Below are positions 25,294-38,135 of a DNA stretch of 64,000 nucleotides, piece by piece. Both the position numbers and the translations under genes were made by a program. The notes under the pieces were generated by a model. That model saw only the letters and a list, made by a program, of their open reading frames with translations, searched no databases and was not told where the DNA came from. Positions within the stretch are counted from its first letter, which is position 1. Each line of letters opens with the position of its first letter. The stretch comes from Octopus sinensis. Its lineage: Eukaryota. Location: contig NW_021833847.1 of the NCBI RefSeq assembly GCF_006345805.1, positions 36,543-100,542 on the forward strand, read 5' to 3'.

Positions 25294-26347
25294 GTAAGAC
25301 ATTCGTCTTCTCCTTCATCACACTGGATTTAGTACTCTGAATAATATAATTTTCTTCCTATCACTGCTAGTTTAAAAGCAAACGTACCTAGCTCCCTACT
25401 CTCGTACAATTTCTTCTACTTCTTCTTTTCCCTCTTCTTCTTCTTCTTCTTTTCTTCTTCTTCTTCTTCTTCTACTACTTCTACTTCTTATTTTTTTTCT
25501 TTATTTCTACCATTACTTCTTGTTTTTTTTTTGTTTGTTGCTCTCCTTTATCATTTTCTATTTCTTCATTATTTTTATCCCTCTCTTCCTCTCTGCGTTT
25601 CTCTCTTGCGATCTCTGTCACAATCTGTGGCATGAATTTCCTCTGTTTTTTAAATATATATATTTTTTTATTTCGTCTCCACCTCTAAGAAAATAAAACA
25701 AACTACTTGATTCTATATTCAAATGTGATGGCTACATTTCTTAACTTTTGACAGCATACCTTGATTCCAACAATAAATTTTTCATACTATAATTTTAATA
25801 TTCATCTACAATTGCATATTCCTATACATAAATTTATGGAGACAACTCAGAAGTCGTAATCAATGTTAATATTTCACTGCTAATTATAAAATGGACCACA
25901 TATCTATGACAAGGTCAAAAAGATCTCGGCCGGATTAGAAGTGAAAAAGTAAAGAATAGTAACTAAATACCGGAAATTATTTTGTCGGTGACACTACCGA
26001 TCCTGTTCGATTGCCACTATTTTTCATGTTATGATAGGAAAAACGCAAATGAGAGGAAAAACGCAAATAAATTAGATGAAATATTTTGAAATATCAAATA
26101 TTTAAGCTAATTAAATGCTATTGCTAAAGTATGCAATAACTATATCTACGAGTATCTTTATTTGAGATTCTGTGTGTTGTAGTTTTTGTAAAGATTATGT
26201 TCGCATTGCATCAAAATTTCAAAGGGAGCTGAAAAACAGAAGGCCAGCTAACGGAAGACGTGTTTTTTTTTCTCTGGAAATGTCGTCCCCCTACTGAAAC
26301 ACGAATTCCTACTTTAAGATTTCCATTGATGAACATCTTTCCTACAG

Positions 26348-26447
26348 ATATATCGAGTTCTTTATTCTCTTCAAAAAATGTTTGGCTGTTATGAGTGAAA
26401 GCGCTGCAACTCCTTGTGGTGATGACAGACTGAAAGAAATATTCAAA
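26348..26447 (+). other. Candidate 100-nt exon
   Basis: Acceptor CATCTTTCCTACAG| and donor |GTATGT. The only open frame is phase 2-0: YIEFFILFKKCLAVMSESAATPCGDDRLKEIFK. Phase-compatible with 25198-25293. Confidence 0.27.
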
Positions 26448-26500
26448 GTATGTCTGAAACTTATCATTCCTAAGATTATAACGAAAGATAAGATTATATT

Positions 26501-26733
26501 AAGGCGGCGAACTGGCAGAAACGTTAGCACGCCGGGCGAAATGCGTAGCGGTATTTCGTCTGCCGTTACGTTCTGAGTTCAAATTCCGCCAAGGTCGACT
26601 TTGCATTTCATCCTTTCGGGGTCGATAAATTAAGTACCAGTTACGCACTGGGGTCGATATAATCGACTTGATCCATTTGTCTGTCCTTGTTTGTCTCCTC
26701 TGTGTTTAGCCCCTGGTGGGTAGTAAAGAAATA
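26501..26733 (+). mobile_element. SINE family B, full length with a perfect 24-bp TSD
   Basis: TATAACGAAAGATAAGATTATATT occurs at 26477-26500 and at 26734-26757. Confidence 0.95.
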
Positions 26734-27462
26734 TATAACGAAAGATAAGATTATATTGCTCAGAGAAATTAGCACAAAATTGGGAGTAATACATTTATAG
26801 TTATTATATTAGCATGAAACACCCGATACTTTCGTGTCTACCGCTGGTTTTGCCACAGAAGAAACGATACCTGACCTCTTCGAAAAATCTGAGTTTATAA
26901 TTGATCGAGTGCTCATATGATGTGATCTTGTGTTTCAATATCACAATGAATGCATTTGGAAAGTTCGAGAAATCTTCCAACGAACTTTTGACTTAAGTTA
27001 TGATACAAGCGAGAGGATATATTATTAAGGCATCCTACCGGGAAATGAAAAATAATGACATCCATATACAATATTACAAAATGACATCTGACACACACAT
27101 GATTGATTGGAGTTTCTCAATTGTCTACAAAAGATCTGTCTATCAAAACTGCCATGTTAGATTCACATGCAGTTATATATAAATTTAAATGTTTCAATGC
27201 ATGAAAATTATTAAAATAAATAAAGTATAAATATATGCTTAACGAGAGTAACTACACTTCTGCTCAAGGAACAAAATCTCCCTCAAATCACTCACTATCA
27301 TTGTGCAGAAATTTAGGGCAGATTGATAGTAAAAATGGCTGCTGAGAGTTAAATTTGTAGGCGAATTCATGGTGCAGAGAGATCCCAATCGGATCACAGT
27401 GTGTCTTAGTTGATGGTTTACTTAACTCTGCCCCAAACAGATATAAAACCCACGTAGACGCT

Positions 27463-27963
27463 CTCTTTACTCTCCTTTACTCTTTTACTTGTTCCAGTCA
27501 TTTGACTGCGGCCATGCTGGAGCGCCGCTTTTTAGTCGAACAAATTGAACCCAGGACTTATTCTTTCTAAGCCTAGTACATATTCTATCGGTCTCTTTCG
27601 CGGAACTGCTAAGTTACGGGGACGTAAACACACCAGCATCGGTCGTCAAGCGATTGTGGGGACAAACACATACACACAAACATATACACACAGACATACA
27701 TACATTTATGAATATATATATATATATATAATATATATATATATATATAATATATATATATTATATAATATATACACATACATACATACATACATATATA
27801 CCGCGAGCTTCTTTCAGTTTCCGTCCATCAAATACACTCAGAAGGCATTGATCGGCCCGAGGCTATAGTAGAAGACACTTGCCCAAGGTGCCACGCAGTG
27901 GGACTGAACCCGGAACCATGTGGTTCGTAAGCAAGCTACTTATCACACAGCCACTCCTATGCC
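27463..27963 (-). mobile_element. SINE family A, full length
   Basis: Tail, body, internal microsatellite and head (..CAGCCACTCCTATGCC) are all present. Confidence 0.92.
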
Positions 27964-28129
27964 TATACTCAGAATTCTTTCTATTTATCTATATCCATTT
28001 CACGGCATGTCTCTCAGAGTTTCAGTTTGTCTGCTATATGTGTGTTTACGTATATGTCTATATTTATATATATATATATATATATGTTTGTGTGTATGTA
28101 TGCACGTATGTGTGTGTATATGTTTGTGT

Positions 28130-28337
28130 GTCTCTGTTTGCCCCACCACCGACATCGCTTGGCAACAGATGATAGTGTGTTTACGTCACCATAAACTATC
28201 AGTACGACGAAACGTAACCAATAGAATAAGTACTAGGCTTAAAAAGTATAAGTCCTGGGGTCAGTTTACCCGACTAAAGGCGGTGCTCCAGCATTGGCGC
28301 ATTCAAATGACTGAAACAAATAAAAGAATAAAAGAAT
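28130..28337 (+). mobile_element. SINE family A, 3' half
   Basis: CATCGCTTGGCAAC...GGCGGTGCTCCAGCATTGGC...GAAACAAATAAAAGAATAAAAGAA. Confidence 0.85.
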
Positions 28338-30305
28338 ATTTGTTCGATTGAAATGTGTCGATGGAATAACTTGCTTAAAAGCTAGTAGTTTAAATTCCAA
28401 TTAACCCCTGACTGAACACGTCACCGAAAACATATCCGACTGTCCCACCGCCTATCCTATTCTAGAGAGTGATGCGAATCGGTGTGTTAGTCAGTATGTC
28501 ACTCTTTTTCGCAACACCGTAACATACTCTTTCAGTTAGATATGCCGTCTAATTCATCGAATTCACAACAGCACACCAGTTTCCTTCGTTTTGCCATACT
28601 ATTTTTCTTTACTCTTCCAAGACACTAAATTATAGTCAGCTTCCTATCTGTCTGTCTATATCCGCCTGTCCCTCTCTGATTTTTTCTTCCTTTCCTTCCG
28701 TCTTTCTTTCTTTCTTTCTTTCTTTCTTTTTTTCTTTCTTTCTCTTTGAATCGTTTCGTTATGAATAGCACTGGCTGTGAAATAAATGATGTGAAATGAT
28801 TATATACTATATTTCGCTAACGGTTTGCTTCAAGAGACTAAGTCTTGCTCTCTGTATTTAGGATATACAGACTAAATTATTGATAAATTTTAATATGATT
28901 TCATGTGTTTTATTTGAAATGAAGCGCCATGAAAGTTCATTAAAGTTCATTAAAGTTCATTAAAGTCATTTATGTTAATTAGATTCAGAAATTCAAATGG
29001 TCTTGTTCATTATTATCCCATAAAATATTTCTTCGATTAAGTTAATTATATTTTTATTCAGCTTTATTTAGACGTAATTTAATTCGCAATTTTGTGTCCA
29101 ATAAAGCAATGCGTGTCTATAGAGGCTAGATAAGCATTTGAATATGTATTCAATTAATATGAATCGGTAGTTCAAATTTGCTGCCAGTGAAGTTTCGCAT
29201 AATTGATTGATACAAGTTTTTAAAAAATTACTGTATACCACATTTTGGTTACTACATCAGCAAGTATAAATTACATTCTAACAGTGAGAGTGCACTTTTA
29301 AGAAAAGAGGAAATTTTTCAAACACTCATTTTCAAACACAAATTTTTCAAACAGTCTCTACAACTCCTCAATATGAGTGTTGGCATTTGGGAAGTTCATG
29401 CCCAACACACACTGAGCTGTCATTGATTCCCTGTGTTTTACGCGCTACTGAAATCAAAACGAATATGCTACTGAGAAACCGTACCCTCAACAAAAGTGGA
29501 GCTACAAGTACCACATATAAGGTACCACACGTACGTGTCCTGTAAGTGCAAAGTTAGTCCTGCCTCGGTTGAACGCTTTAACCAACTGTGGAGCAACCAC
29601 ACCACTCATAACTGAATCAAGTTAAACATGATTCTAGGCTTTCATCGACATCACCATTCCTGAACATACACAAGTATACGCTTGAAGCATTAAGGTTCTA
29701 TACCAAAATTAGGAATGCACATTTAAGCACACATTAAAAGACCATGATTAGCACACATAATTTTATGAGAAATTTCGTAAGTGACAATTATGTATACGTG
29801 GGTTTTCAGAAGAAAGAAACCAACTACATTTCACCCACATTATAAATTACTATCCGTAAGTTGAACATTAAAAATTTTGTTATGCACGATCGAGCGATGA
29901 AAATATTCATCTGTTTCAGAAATCAACTTATTCTTTAAACAAAAATGTTAGATACTTAGACATAGAACAGAAATTAAATAAATATATATGTACATACGTG
30001 TGTGAAAATTTACGTACGTACGCATTATTATTTCGTTTCAAATTATGTATCCTTATTTCCTACTAAATATACGTTCCAGCCATTTTAAGCACCTGTTAGG
30101 ATTAATATCCCATCTTTCTTGTTTAGAATATAGTTCTATTTGCCACTTAAGAATATCGTACTGAGTATTTACATAGCATACTTACGTTATATGAATACAT
30201 TCCTATCTATCTATCTATATTTCAATTTATCTATCTGTCTATCTATCTTTCTGTCTGTCTGTGTGTCTGTCTGTATGTAAAGATATGGGTATATATATAT
30301 ATATT

Positions 30306-30336
<31 letters not shown>

Positions 30337-31319
30337 ACACATACATACCTATAAATACATATATATATATATATAGGTATATATGTATCCGTGTATATAT
30401 ATGTATATGTATGCATATATTATATATATATATATATCTGTATACACATATATGCGTACGTATCTAAACACACACACACACACCACACACACACATATAT
30501 ATTCATTTGCATATAGGCGTGTTTCTGCGTGTGCGTTTATGTGTGTATGTATACATATGTGTGAGTGTGTGTGTATGTGTGTGTGTGTGTTTGTGTATGT
30601 GTGTGGGCACCTACAATAGTGTACTTACATTTCTCTCTCTCTAACCGCGTGTTGTGAAATATTTCTCTTTACTAATCGACCTAGAATAAAAGGCAAATAA
30701 ATAAGAAAAAAACAAATTAACAAACTGATAAATAAATTAAAAATAAATAACTAAATGAACAGGCGGAAAGGAAGGATAACTACAGCACAAAAAAAAAACA
30801 TTAGACAAACAAGAAATATATATATAGAAAATAAAGCAAATGAACCTCAACACACTTTTAGTTATACATCCATCACGCGCACTGACTGAGAAGTCCGTGA
30901 TATCTTTAAAACATATCTACTTGTCTCTTCGTATTGTCACCTGTCTCTTGGTGTATTTAATCGTCAAACAACGCTAAGGTAGCTGGCTTGTGACATAAGA
31001 TCGTTGTTAAGTAAGCGTACTTGTTCACCGAGCCAATTCTAGCCGGTAGCAGAGACATAAACTTCAGATTTAAGAGACACAAAGATTGAGCCTAAAATAA
31101 AAGAGAAACACAACACGAAGAATAAGTACAGAGAAAAACCACATTTGTGCTTAACTGCTTGCGTGTGAGTGCGTGTGTGTGTGTGAGTGTGCGTGTGTGT
31201 GTATGTGTGTGTGTGTGTGTGTGTGCTCGTTCGTACTGGCGCTTGTGGGCTATGCTGGATCTATGTGTAGTATAAGCTATGTGTCTGTATTCTTGAACAT
31301 ATTTGTACATCTCTCTACC

Positions 31320-31401
31320 GATCTATCCATCAATCTATCTATTTATTAATGTATATATGTATGTATCTATCTATCTCTCAATCTATCTCTTAATGTTTCT
31401 T

Positions 31402-31434
<33 letters not shown>

Positions 31435-31472
31435 ATCTATCTATCTATCTATATCCATCTATCTATCTATAT

Positions 31473-31519
<47 letters not shown>

Positions 31520-31698
31520 ACTTTCTCTCTCTCTCTCTCTCTATCTCATATATATATATATATATATATATAACTACATCGTATCCTATTTTCTTATTTT
31601 GATTATATATACTCTTTACTCTTTTACTTGTTTCAGTCATTTTACTGAGACCATGCTCTCTGTCTCTCTCTCGCTCTCTGTCTATCTATCATCCATCC

Positions 31699-31748
<50 letters not shown>

Positions 31749-31810
31749 ATATATAACTATTTTCTATCTATCTATCTATATTTATATATTTATATCTATA
31801 TAACTATTTT

Positions 31811-31854
<44 letters not shown>

Positions 31855-31863
31855 CCTACCTAC

Positions 31864-31937
<74 letters not shown>

Positions 31938-32030
31938 CTCTCTCTATATATATATGTATATCTATATAACTATTTTTCTATCTATCTATCTATTTATCTA
32001 TCTATCAATCTATCTATCTATCTAAAAGTC
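31320..32030. repeat. (CTAT)n/(TA)n compound microsatellite containing a SINE A tail fragment (~31610-31658, minus)
   Basis: Direct inspection. Confidence 0.9.
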
Positions 32031-33367
32031 TATTTGTCTGTCTGTACGTAGGAAGTAAGTATGTTTATAGATATGTCTATATGCGTATGCGTGCACGTTC
32101 ATGCAGTTCATATCTGTATATATAAATGATAGTATATATTTGCTTTTGTGCGTCAAGCTATGCAGGTACGTAAGTATGCATGTATACATGCACACATCCA
32201 CGTACAAGTGGCAGGAAGGTTCATTGTACATATATGCATGTGTGCCCGGCAGTCAATGTTCTGCATTACCTTACGTGTCAGAAACACGTATCTTTACGAG
32301 CATGTGAATAAGTTCTATGCCCAAATAACTGCATGTAGGCGTGCACTCCATGTATTTTATGTATACACACACACACACAATATATATATATACATGCATA
32401 TATATTATATGCATTTGTGGGTGTTTTGCATGAAGGTATGTATTTCTGTAATATAGTAATACATAAATGTGCCCGCACACACACATACGTACACACGCAT
32501 ATATATATATATGCATATATATACATACACATATATATATATATACATATACATATAAATATGCATATATATGTTATTATATACTTATGTATAGATTTAG
32601 ATATGTATATATATATTAACATATATATGTATGTATGTGTATACATATATATATATATATGTATATTATATATATGTATGTGTATACATACACACACACA
32701 CACACACACACAATATATATATATATATATATATATATAGATATATGCTCTCAATTGTTCTGTCTACAATGTGTTTCTGTGTATGCTGTGTAATTTTTTA
32801 GCTTGATTTTCATGACTAAATATAAGATGGAAACTTGTAAAAGAATAAAAAATAGTTAACTGTAGAAATATAGACACGAGAGTATTATTGGGAATGCAGA
32901 CGTATCACAAAGTATATATCATATAAGTGTGGTCGTTCTTTAGCCACTGTTCAACCCTGAATGAGAAGAAATATATCGAACCAATTTCCACTCGTAGCAA
33001 ATATGTCTGACTATATACATATATAACTTAGTTTACTCAAAAGATTATTTACGTTCTTATAGACAGTAAGATGCCTTTTAATTGCTGTCTATTATTTCAG
33101 CAATTGAAAAGACGAATCCTAAATAGTTTGAAGCATTGGTACTCAACTGGAGTCATTATGGCCCTCGGCGCGGGGTACTCTAGTATATTGGGTGTTATAT
33201 ACATCGAATGGTTGTTGAGTTTCAGATAAGTAAAATAGGAATCAAAGAGATCCATAGTTTAAAAATTTTCAGAAAGACCTGTTAAAGCGTTAAACGTAGT
33301 TTAGTTTGATTTGAAGAGAACGTGTCAATTATAATATGAACGAATGAATGTATCGCCAGATTATATA

Positions 33368-33927
33368 TTGGGTTGTCCGGAAAGTTAGTGCTTATTTTTA
33401 AAGGAAAGAAAAAGGTCAATAAATATTTGCCATTACATTTTTAATCAACCAAATATGAACCATTTTGTTGTACAATGCGTCTCCTTCTCTTCTCTAACTT
33501 GAAAATACCCTCTTCCCAGAATTGAGGTGGTTTCATGGTTAAAGATTAATCAAGGTATCTTTTTACGTCATCCAAGGAATTGAAATTTTTACCATTAAGA
33601 TTATTCTGCCGAGACCTGAATAAGTGGAAATCCGAAGGCGCAATATCTGGTTAATATGCAGGGTGGAGTAACACATCCCAGCTGAGCAGCAGCAATTTTT
33701 GTCTGGTTCCCAATGCGTCAAGTGCCGAAAATGAACTTTCTTATCTTCCATTTTAAAGGGTTTCAGAATTAACACAGGTTATAGGAACATAAATCTACGA
33801 AAAGATTGCTTAAACTGTGCCCTAAATGGAGGTGTAGTGAAATTCAATTTTATGAACTCAACCATGTTCTAAAATAAGTCGGAATGTAAGCTACTATAAA
33901 TCGGTACGAACTTTCCGGACAACCCAA
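33368..33927 (-). mobile_element. Mariner internal-deletion derivative with intact TIRs
   Basis: 19-bp perfect TIRs (TTGGGTTGTCCGGAAAGTT at 33368-33386 and its reverse complement at 33909-33927) with TA on both sides. The N-terminal MEDKKVHFRH is joined to the C-terminal WDVLLHPAY*PDIAPSDFHLFRS...QQNGSYLVD*. Confidence 0.93.
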
Positions 33928-34159
33928 TACTTTGAAGAATTAGATCATAATTTGATATGTTTTGTTTCCTTTTCCATTTTATAAAACCAAATCTCATCTT
34001 ACCATGTGTGGTGAATAAAATTCATTGTATTCAAACACCCGAAGAGAAATAAATGACCAGTGTAAGACATTCAATAATAAAGTATGTACAAGTTGAACAT
34101 TGGAGTCGATGTAATCGATTTACTACTTCGTCTAAACCTGCTGCGCCTGTGCCGAAATT

Positions 34160-34300
34160 TGGAATTAATAATATACACTGTATTTCGGTTCTTTACATCC
34201 TGAGTTCAAATGACGCCGAGGTCGACTTTGACTTCCTTTCGGTGTCGAATATAATAATTTTTTATTACTGAGTTTGATGTAATCGACTAAACCCCTGACC
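34160..34300 (+). mobile_element. SINE family B, degraded
   Basis: CTGAGTTCAAATGACGCCGAGGTCGACTTTGACTTCC...GATGTAATCGACT. Confidence 0.65.
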
Positions 34301-34405
34301 CAAACTTGCTGGGCTCGTTTCAAAATTTAAAACTACTATTATACCCTGTTAAGCCGATGTAATTGGCTGACGCCCTCCCACGGAATCTTTATTTACGTAA
34401 CTAAC

Positions 34406-34531
34406 CTGTAGAGTTATGAAAATTGTCATTTTTCTGGACGATCTGAATTGCCTTCCGATTCATTACAACAGAAAATATATACACGGCACATTGCTTATTT
34501 TGAACTTGGAACGACATCAAGTGCCTCATTT
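34406..34531 (-). other. Candidate 126-nt exon
   Basis: Acceptor ATACGTTTTCCTAG| and donor CAG|GTTAGT. Open only in phase 1-1: MRHLMSFQVQNKQCAVYIFSVVMNRKAIQIVQKNDNFHNST. Confidence 0.22.
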
Positions 34532-35274
34532 CTAGGAAAACGTATAGCTGATTAAAATATTCTAAGATATATACTGCACAGCTACGGTTAATTTGTGGCA
34601 ATTATTTTTACGTATGACACTGTTTCTCGTTTTGCATATGACGTTGTTGCTAATATTTTTAGTTTTATTGTTTCCATGTAACAGTTTAAGCTGTGAAATA
34701 AATGTAAGTATGTAAAACTAAATTTGCATTCCTTTTCCACTGCGCTCTGTCAAGTATTTCATTTCTAGAATTACCACGGCTATATTATAGTACAGTCTCA
34801 GCTCAAGATGACGTTCTAGCTGTCAAGTGATTTCATTTTGGCTAAGCTAAGACGTATTTTTATTATTAGTGCCATACAAACCTTGTAAAATGTTGACAGA
34901 AGAAAAACGACTATTACGTTTTCTGCATGAGTACAAAGGTCGCTCTTGTTTGGGTGAAGGAATAATGTTATTACATTCGCTACGTATCAATAAATCGATA
35001 CGAAGATATGTAACTATGAAGATATGAACATATATACAAATATGCACACGAACATACACACACACACATAGGTATGCACATACGAAAATGTGGAAATTTA
35101 TCAGAATCGTTAGGGTGCCGGACAAATCACTTAACTGCATTTCATCCGCCTTTACATTCTGAGGTCCAAATCCGTAGAAGGCCGATACAATAAGTAGCAG
35201 TTGAGCACTGCCAGTCCATGTAATCGATGAACCCATCCTCCAACATACCAGGCCTTCAGTGAAAATTGTTTACA

Positions 35275-35326
<52 letters not shown>

Positions 35327-35397
35327 ATATATATATATATGGGTGTGTGTGTGTAAATGTGTATATATATATAATATATATATCCACCAACACCACC

Positions 35398-35695
35398 ACC
35401 ATGTGACCGACCAGACCATCAGATGTTGTAACATATCGCTGGTCACAATGCGTTCGCATTGTTTTAGCCTTTGAATGACGCCACCCCGCTGGCTAAGCGA
35501 GCAGGCCAACAGAAGAAAGATTGGGAGAAAGAGTAATGAAAGAGTACAGCAGGGATCACCCCCCCCCTGCTGGAGCGTCGTGGAGGTTTTAGGTATTTTT
35601 TCTCAATAAAAACTCACAACGCCCGGTCTGGGAATCGAAACCGCAATCCTACGACCGCGAGTCCGCTGCTCTAACCACTGGGCCATTGCGCCTCC
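35398..35695 (-). mobile_element. SINE family D, full length
   Basis: Close copy of 12039-12327. Confidence 0.9.
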
Positions 35696-35704
35696 CATAT
35701 ATAT

Positions 35705-35751
<47 letters not shown>

Positions 35752-36238
35752 AAGCAAAAATGATAGGAAGACAGCTTGGTTCCTCTCAAATCCTTTGTAA
35801 GCTCTTAAGTATATCTCCTTCTGTGTGTATATATATACTACCAAACAAACATGATTTTTATTGAACTCCTAATACTTTTTGTTGAATATTTTCTTACATA
35901 CTTTCTTGTAAACTGTTTTTAACATTTTCTTTTTATTATCAAATAATGTGTATATGTATTATAATACTTTTGTGACAACAAGTACTTAACACAACAATGC
36001 TTATACAAAGCCTTACACTTTAATTTTGACAATCTTTTCCTAAAAAAGTGAAACCGGTCAAGTGAATAAACATCTTTAAAATTGCATTTTCAAACCTCCT
36101 TTCGTATATATATATATATATGATGAAGGCGGTGCTCCAGCATGGCTGCAGTCAAGTGACTGAAAAATTGAAAGAATAAAAGAATAAGAGAATATATAGT
36201 CCCTTATATAGAAATAGAAAAGACACACAGACATGCAT

Positions 36239-36310
<72 letters not shown>

Positions 36311-36849
36311 TAAGTATATTTTCATATATATGAGACATATATATAATCATGATAATATATATATATATATATATATTGTATATCTTGAACTGCTTACAAC
36401 CCAAGTCCACCACAAACTTATACTTATGTTGTCAAAGAAATGATTCACTGAACTTGTTTATCATACCTAAAATGACGGTATTGACAAAACATATGTGTAT
36501 AGATTTATGCAAATATGTCCTTCAGTAGTGAGTTCATGTTTGTGTGCGTTCATATTCGAGGATTTACTTAATACTTAATATTTTGGCAGTTTGACTAGTT
36601 TCAGCATGTATGCATATATGAATGTATGAATGTATGTATGTATGTATGTATGTATGTATGTATGTATGTATGTATGCCTGTATGTTTGTTTATATGCGTA
36701 TGTGTATGTATGTATGTGTGTGTCTGTGTTCGTGTGAATGTATCTCTGTATGTGTGCAAATAGGTATTTATGCATGTATGTTGATACCTAGGTAGGCAAG
36801 AATGTACGTACGTATGTATTCCTGTATTTTCTATATGCGTATCTATTTA

Positions 36850-36897
36850 TCTGTTAACTATCTATCTATCTATCTATCTCTATATCTATCTATCTAA

Positions 36898-36961
<64 letters not shown>

Positions 36962-36981
36962 TTATCTATCTATCTATATAT
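36850..36981. repeat. (CTAT)n array, left flank of Tx1 copy 1
   Basis: Direct inspection. Confidence 0.95.
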
Positions 36982-37770
36982 GGTCAGAGCGACGAAACCG
37001 TTCTGCACGCACTCGTTCAGTGTCCAACAATTTCCGACCTGTGGGCTTATGTCGAACAACTGCTGTCACGTGTGGGACGAGTCGGTTTATCAGCTGAGTC
37101 TATCGTCAATATTGTCACGCCTCCTTCCTTCAAACGGGAAGGAAGAGCTATTTTCATCATCCTTGTGGCTATGGCGAAAGAATGTATCTGGTGGACGCGT
37201 CTGAAAGGATTGGAGACAAACACTTTCCTCTCTGGTCAATCTCTCAACTTCTTCAAGTACCACTTGAAAAGGAAAGTGAGAGTAGAGAGGCAAGTTTTGT
37301 CTAGCGAATGTTTTAAAAAAAGATGGGTGAATGTAGCAAGAATGGCACGTATGAATGACGAAGCCACCTTGAGCATAGTCCTATGAACCCAGAAATCGAA
37401 AACAGAGAGTTGCTTATTTGCAAAAAAAAAAAAAAAAAAAGAATATAAAATGTGACTTCATTGACCGAGGTTACCGTGGTCTTTTCCGTAGGCTTTTTCT
37501 TCCACGGGTAAACCTCACCTGTCCTCCCCTTTACACTTCATATTGACATTCTGTGATAACGATCCCTATTGATCAATTTTTTTTCCTCTCCCCCTTTTTT
37601 TTTTTAACCCCCTTTTTTTGTCCTCTTCTCTCCTTTTACGATCCCTTTTGATCGAAACTCCCCCTTCCTTTTTTTCTTTTTTTTTCTTTTTTTTTTTTAA
37701 ACTTCAAAAGAAAAGCTCTACCTTGTAATTTGTTCTATCTGTGTGCAGCCCTGTGTGGCTAATAAAGAAC
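36982..37770 (+). mobile_element. L1/Tx1-clade LINE, strongly 5'-truncated copy (Zn-finger tail plus 3'UTR)
   Basis: Near-identical to about 41115-41919, with a few substitutions and 1-bp indels. Ends GGCTAATAAAGAAC. Confidence 0.93.
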
Positions 37771-37799
37771 ATATATATATATCTATATATATCTATAAT

Positions 37800-37815
37800 A
37801 ATATATATTAATCTC

Positions 37816-37849
<34 letters not shown>

Positions 37850-37984
37850 ATCTATCTATCTATCTATCTGTCTATCTTTCTATCTATCTATTTATCTATC
37901 TATCTATATATATTATATATCTATATATTATCTATATATCTATCTATATCTAACTATCTATCTATTTATCTATCTATTTATATA

Positions 37985-38017
<33 letters not shown>

Positions 38018-38066
38018 CTATTATCTATCTATAATCTATCTATCTATCTCTATCTATCTATCTATC

Positions 38067-38101
<35 letters not shown>

Positions 38102-38135
38102 CTCTCTATCTATATCTATCTATCTATCTATCTAT
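37800..38135. repeat. (CTAT)n array between the two Tx1 copies
   Basis: Direct inspection. Confidence 0.95.

Noticed and set aside
26880-27100. CIHCDIETQDHI, resembling a LINE CCHC motif
   Set aside because: Too short and isolated to assign to an element.
30900-31091. Strong minus-strand acceptor (TGTTTCTCTTTTATTTTAG) before a GC-richer island
   Set aside because: No convincing donor combined with an open frame, and no recognisable peptide.
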